Positions 58,496 to 64,000 of a DNA stretch of 64,000 bases are shown here, one piece after another. Under the pieces are notes generated by a model, which saw nothing but the letters and a program-made list of their open reading frames with translations, did not search any database and was not told the origin of the DNA. Both the position numbers and the translations under genes were made by a program. Origin of the DNA: Klebsormidium nitens (Eukaryota > Plantae > Klebsormidiophyceae); contig DF237119.1 in assembly GCA_000708835.1 (NCBI GenBank), forward strand, positions 1 to 64,000, in the 5' to 3' direction. Within the stretch, counting starts at the first letter, position 1. The number at the start of each line of letters is the position of its first letter.

Positions 58496-61400
58496 ATGCC
58501 ACCACATTTCAAGGAGGACGCTAGCATTAACCCTCTTTTTGATGCTGCAAAGAAATTGCAGGTAAGAAAATGCAGTGGGGACGTTTTTTTGGCAAATGAA
58601 TGGCAAATGCTAATTAGGAAGTCACCCTCAACCAGCACCTGGCACATTAAAGAAGATGATCCTCGATCAATCCTGACTGCTTTTCCAAGTCTCTTCATCA
58701 TCAGCATTTAGATAGTACTCCTGCCATCTACGATGTGAAAAGTCGCCATGATGCCTTCAGGATGTCCTGTTTGTTCCCCAATGGTTCACAGTGTAAGGGT
58801 TTATGTTGCTGGATTTTGCTGAAAACAACCATAATGTAATTTGCATTGGAGGACTTGAGCTGGCTAACAGATCATTGGGAACCCCTAAATTAAAACATGC
58901 CGCGTTCACATTGTGATTCATCACCAGTGGAATGTCAAAGTCACGTTTGTTTGCATTTACACCTTTTTCCCGCGGCTATGTTTCAGCTTTTTGTCTTTTG
59001 ATCCTGGTACATCCTATTATGAGACGGGTTCTGATCAGCATGCGGGTAAACTCTTGCAGGATACTCTTCTGGTTGCTAGTGCCTTCTCACTTATCATTGT
59101 TAGAGACTTGGTATTGCTGCGCGGGTTCTACCTAACTTGAAATCTCAAAGGTTTTGCATTTTGCAGTACATTGTTTGTATGTGAAGGCCTGGAGAAGCTT
59201 CCCTTTCTTAACCACCATTTAGCGCCCTGTCTTAGGTGGCGCATGCACAGCTTCTTGTGTGTAAGACTTCTTCAAACAAATTTTAAGGGGAGGTTGAGAA
59301 GAATCTTTGGTTACCATTTTCCAGCTAAATTGCCTGAAGCAGCTCCTGATGGAGATTAAGAACGGCTTGTTCTTTTCCTTGGAGCACATCCCTTTCATCA
59401 AAACCAGAGTCGCTGGGCCCTTTCAAGCGAGGAAAGGGGATAATCAGAGAAAGAATTGGAAGGGAACATGTTCCAGGTGCAGCGCCTAGAACAGCTTCTG
59501 ATGGAGACAATGGTGAAGGCCAGCATGCTCTTTTCTGTTTATTCAAAACCATCTCATCACGATTGAAAGCAAATCCTCACATAACACCTACAGGGAATGT
59601 AGTAGCTTCCTCTTTAATTGATTGCAGGTGAAACGCCGGAAGGAGCTCCTGATGGAGACGGCGGTGGAGGACAGTGGTGCTTGTTTCAGATTGGAACAGA
59701 CCATCTCATCTCACGTATGAAGTCTCCACATCCTCATACAAAACTACAGGGGAAGATTGATAGATGAGAGAGAAGATTGGTAGATTCCTGACTGACTCAT
59801 TGCAGGTGAAACGCCTGAAGCAGCTCCTGATGGAGACAGTGGTGGAGGACAGCGTGCTCTTCCAGTGTGATGACTTCAAACTTGATAAGAACCATCTCAT
59901 CACAGATGAATTCTCACATCCTCGTCTTACAACTACAACAGAAAATTGAGTAGATTCCTGGTTGAGTAATTGCAGGTGAAACGCCTGAAGCAGCTCCTGA
60001 TGGAGACAGTGGTGGAGGACAGCGTGCGTGCTCGTGACAGCAACGGCCGCACGGCGCTGCATTTTGCCTCGGGCACCGCCTCCTGCCAGTCTGCAGAGCT
60101 GCTCGTGGAAGCGGGGGCCGAGCTGGAATGCAAGGACATCGACGGTTACACACCACTACGTGAGTTCGTTCTTCCTAGTAATGAAAGTTGCGGTGCAGGT
60201 ACCCGCCCCTTCATGAGTGGTTCTCACGAAAATCAAAATCTCACTACTAGGGTGCCTGCAAGCACTGGCACCTTGCGTTCTGTTCATCATCGTACGGAGG
60301 GTCGAGGGCTGTTGCTGTTGTCAACAAAATGAGTGTCCAAATCCGATCCTAAGCACCTGCGTTTTTTTGGAAGTAGGCCCTACTTCATCTCAGGCAGATG
60401 AAATGTAGCTTGTCAAGATAATATTAATATGCTGTTGGGGGAGCATCCAACGTTGTATCAGCAGGTACAGAGCCGTGAGACACTGCTATATGTAGGCGCA
60501 ATCTCGTGTTCTCACAAACGCATTGCCATCGAGCATACTTATTACTCTTGTCTCATTGTTGTAGTCCCCTACAGGACCTCTTTGACGATTGATTACTTTT
60601 GGTACACTGTTCAAACTCTCCTTTTCCTTGTTCGACCATGCTTGCTCTTCCTCTTTCTGCACAAAATAAGCAAAGACCGGGTGCTATATCTAAACATAGT
60701 GGCCTGTTACTCTTCCCTCTGCATTTTCCCAACCGCACCTCGCCCTGATCCCCCATTTCAGACATGGCGGCCGGGTACGGGCGGGAGGATACCGTCAACT
60801 ACTTACTCGGCAAGGGGGCCAACCCCCTGACGGAGGACAATCTGGGGCGGAGCCCCCGGGAGCTTGCGCAGGAGATTGTTTCGCGGGGCCTGCCGAACCA
60901 GGGGGGGGTGAAAGTGCCCCGGGGCCAAATGGAGTTGGTCATTAAAGCGCTCATAAACGCCGAGGAAAAGTGGACAGAGGTTAGTACTCCGTCCCTCTAG
61001 AATGGGCGTGGAATGTGCACGTCCTTCTTTGATTCTCTTCGTTAATCTGCCTTCAATACCGACCGTCAAAGTTTTTGACGTTGTCAACAATGATGGCTGA
61101 CATCGGGCAGTCCTCCGTTTCATCTAGTGCTCGCTGCTTGTGACGGCTGCAGAAATGCAGTGGCAGGAGATCACGCCCTGCATCTAGAAACTTGTTGAGA
61201 CATTCCATCTTCTGTGAGGTGACTAGGGGGGTTTATCTGCTAGTAGGCCTCACTTTTCGGAAAGAGATGTGGGAAGAGGAGGGACGGCTATCCAACTCAT
61301 CTCCTGCTTTTGACAATAATGTCGGGATTCATTGAGGAAGTCCTGCTTTTGAGCAACGGACTTACGAAAAGGATTTATATGAATCTAGAAAATCCACGCA

Positions 61401-64000
61401 GGCAAAAGGGCTCGACTTGCACCGGATTGCTGCGATTCGTCTCCAATTCGTTATTGTATATCTAAAAATGGGGCGACATTCGCAATGCTTTGTTTCCTGA
61501 CAAGGAATCATGCCCATTCGGCTCAATAAGTATCTGTATTGGTTCTCAAGTCTCTCCTTTAACACCCCCCCAGGCCGGCTTGCCCACCCCTACCCCCGGC
61601 CCCACCGAGCCCTCTCCCAAGCGCTCACCCGGCAGCGCCCTGATTGCGGCTTCCTCAAAAGGCGACCTCGAAGCCGTAAAAGCCGGTGTTGAGTCGCTGC
61701 AGAAGAGCAAAATCAAGCGGAAGTCGGACGTCGACACAGCGCTCTCCAGCGCCAGTCGCAACGGGCATAAGGAGGTGGCCGCTTATCTGCTGGAGCAGGG
61801 TGCGGATGTGAACGCTTATGACCCGGATGGAGCGACGCCGTTGCTGGCGGCTGCGGATGGGGGGTCAGCCGAGTGAGTGGTTACTCTGATGTGCTCTTTT
61901 CTTTCAAAAGCAAATCATGGGGCAATTTTTTTTTTGGAAAACGGTCGTGTTTCGAACTCTGAACGCTGACGTTTGCTTGCGATTGATCAATTTTCTCATT
62001 CGAGAGATCTGTTGCTCGTATGTTTGTTCAACGTGAGTGCGTCTATTGCATGACGATCACATTGTAGGGCGGTCACTGCTTCGTCCAGGCCATCTTCTGG
62101 TCTCTTTGTAAGAAAGCACTAGTCAGAAGTCAACATCTTGTTTCTTTTCATGACTAGACAGGGACCAGAAAAAGCAGTTCTAAAACAAGCCGTAGCACGA
62201 TCTGAGGACTCGAGCTGCGCAAACTGCGGTCAAGCGACAAACTTCGATAATGAAAGCGGAACCCAACTCTCGACTGCAGGTGTGTCGAGCTGCTGATGCG
62301 CGCGGGCGCGATTGTGGATGCCAAGGACCGGGTGGGCGTTAGCGCATTGATTGCGGCCTCCTATAACGGACACGTGGACTGCGTCCGAAAGCTACTCAAG
62401 CATGCAGCGGACGTCAACGCGCAGAGCCACGGGGGCGTCACGCCGCTGATTGCGGCAGCGGAGGGGGGCAGCGAGAGCTGTGTACGGTTGCTGATTCAGG
62501 TAGGGTGATAGATGAAAAATAAATCAGGTAGTAAGCGAGAGACTTTAAAAGATCATGGCGGAATGAACTCTGTTATACCGAAAAAAGGTCCTTCCAGAAG
62601 CTCTCAAGACAGTAGTCTAGTAACCGTTTTGCGAGCAAGACGAGAGCGCCTTGGTGGTGCTCTACCTTTGACCGGTCAGGCTCACGCAGTGGCGTCCTGA
62701 AGAAGGTCTGAACTCGGTGTATCATACAGAGAATGTTCCCAACGCTTCCTAACTTGCGCACTTCAGTTCAAGTGCATGGAGCACTTGAGGAAGTCGGTCG
62801 GCTTCTTTGAACAACATCGGAAGGTAGAACACCTGTGCGCCCGAAGAAGATTACTGATCTGCTCATAAGTTGACTAGTCTCTCCTCTTAGTCCAATCCGA
62901 TGTTGTGGATTTCTCGTCGGCATATCTCGGATCCATGAGCAAACTTTACACCGCCCCTTCACCCTGAGTACTGGAAAGGTGGGACCGAAGACGTACCGTT
63001 AAAAACAAATCGTGTCTCTGCAGGCAGGGGGCGACTTGGAAGCCCGGACCGCCGAGGGGAAGACCGCCCTGATGCACGCCGTGGGCCAGAATATCACGGC
63101 CGCCGTCGAAGCGCTCATCTCTGCGGGTGCGGAGCTGGACGGAACGGACAACGAGGGGAGGACGGCGCTCCACCACGGCGCGAGGAAGCAGACGCCGGAG
63201 AGCTTGTGAGTAGCAGTCCACATTTGAATCTTTCACATGTGAGTGCACATGTTCGGATTCGAGGTTGTTATAGAAGGCTTTCCGAAATCACTTGAGGAGC
63301 TTTTCGAGAAAAATCTGGTCCTTTCTGACGCTTCAATTGAGTGGAAACCGAGGTGAGCTCACTGGTCTTTCAGTTGGTGTCTTTCTGGTCAAACTCGTGC
63401 TTCTTCTATGTTTCCAAGTTGTCGCTAGGGAACCGGTACTGCATTGCTCAGCTTTTACTTGAGTGCATCGATACACTTGGTAGTTCTGGTGGTATTGGGG
63501 TCACGAAAGCATTCTACATGTCCCATTATACACGAAGCAGCATTGAGCCGCTTCCATATCGTCCACGAGTATCAATGTCTTCAGTCCAATCCCGACCAGC
63601 CCTTTCTTCAGAGGCTGATGTAATTCCGTCCTAACAACATGAAATTCCCACCTCAGGAAAGCGCTGCTCAAGGCCGGGGCGGATGCCGCCCGCCGCTGCC
63701 GCCGGGGCCGCACGCCCCTGGACGAAGCAACCCCCCAGAGCGAAGCAGCCGCAATCCTAAGCGAGCGGTGGAAGGAGCTCGAAGTGGAAGCTACCCAGAA
63801 GCAGGAACGGCTTCTAGACGAGCTTCACGAGTCGAGTGCGGCGACCGCAAACGAAGGAGGGGTGTCGAGAAGCGCCAGGAAGAAGAGGGGGAAGAAAGCG
63901 CGCCGGAGGGAGAAAGGGGGGCCGGGGCAGGGCGAGGTGATTGGGGCCGGTTTTGGGGGAGAAGGAGACTTGGGTTTGGGAGAGAGTTTCGAGAAGGTTA
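58496..64000 (+). CDS. Multi-ankyrin-repeat protein with a cpSRP43-like N-terminal ankyrin module (exons 58496-58561, 59976-60159, 60762-60979, 61574-61872, 62280-62499, 63024-63205, 63657 to beyond window)
   Basis: Phases chain (0,1,0,2,0,2). Repeats GRTALHFASG, GYTPLHMAAGYG, GATPLLAAADGG, GVSALIAASYNGH, GVTPLIAAAEGG, GKTALMHAV, GRTALHHGA, GRTPLDEA, followed by coiled and basic tails. Confidence 0.88.
59315..60030 (+). repeat. Five 151-178-bp tandem units = acceptor + start of ankyrin-gene exon 2
   Basis: (t/c)cag or ttgcag|GTGAAACGCCTGAAGCAGCTCCTGATGGAGAC-like with starts at 59325, 59477, 59628, 59806 and 59976 (intact). Confidence 0.93.

Noticed and set aside
1-64000. tRNA, rRNA or intact transposase/retroelement genes
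   Set aside because: None recognised on either strand by eye; tRNAscan-SE, Infernal and RepeatMasker would be needed to exclude small or degenerate ones.

Overview
Intron-rich eukaryotic nuclear DNA with GC-rich exons and GT/GC-AG introns. The land-plant-like gene set (TIR-NB-ARC, QWRF/AUG8, VEP1/PRISE, plant-type PP2C) suggests a streptophyte alga such as Klebsormidium; that organism call is inference. About 12 protein-coding genes can be assembled by hand: a TIR-NB-ARC gene apparently followed by COR-like, LRR and two-TM exons; an unknown 2-TM protein; an F-box plus C2H2 zinc-finger protein; an unknown protein; a mitochondrial PDK-family kinase; a PP2C with an apparent 1-nt frameshift; VEP1; RPS12; AUG8/QWRF; TFIIE-alpha; an F-box/LRR-like protein; and an ankyrin protein with a cpSRP43-like module. 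There is a 612-N gap at 49279-49890. The most striking unexplained pattern is that introns in six unrelated genes carry tandem, degenerating copies of the adjacent splice junction (intron end plus exon edge). These 'splice-junction echoes' mostly have 146-178 bp spacing and usually keep the AG or GT/GC. Other notable items are a near-perfect 174-nt intronic hairpin and two GC-AG introns. All gene models and counts were made by eye, and domain calls come from recalled motifs, not database searches.
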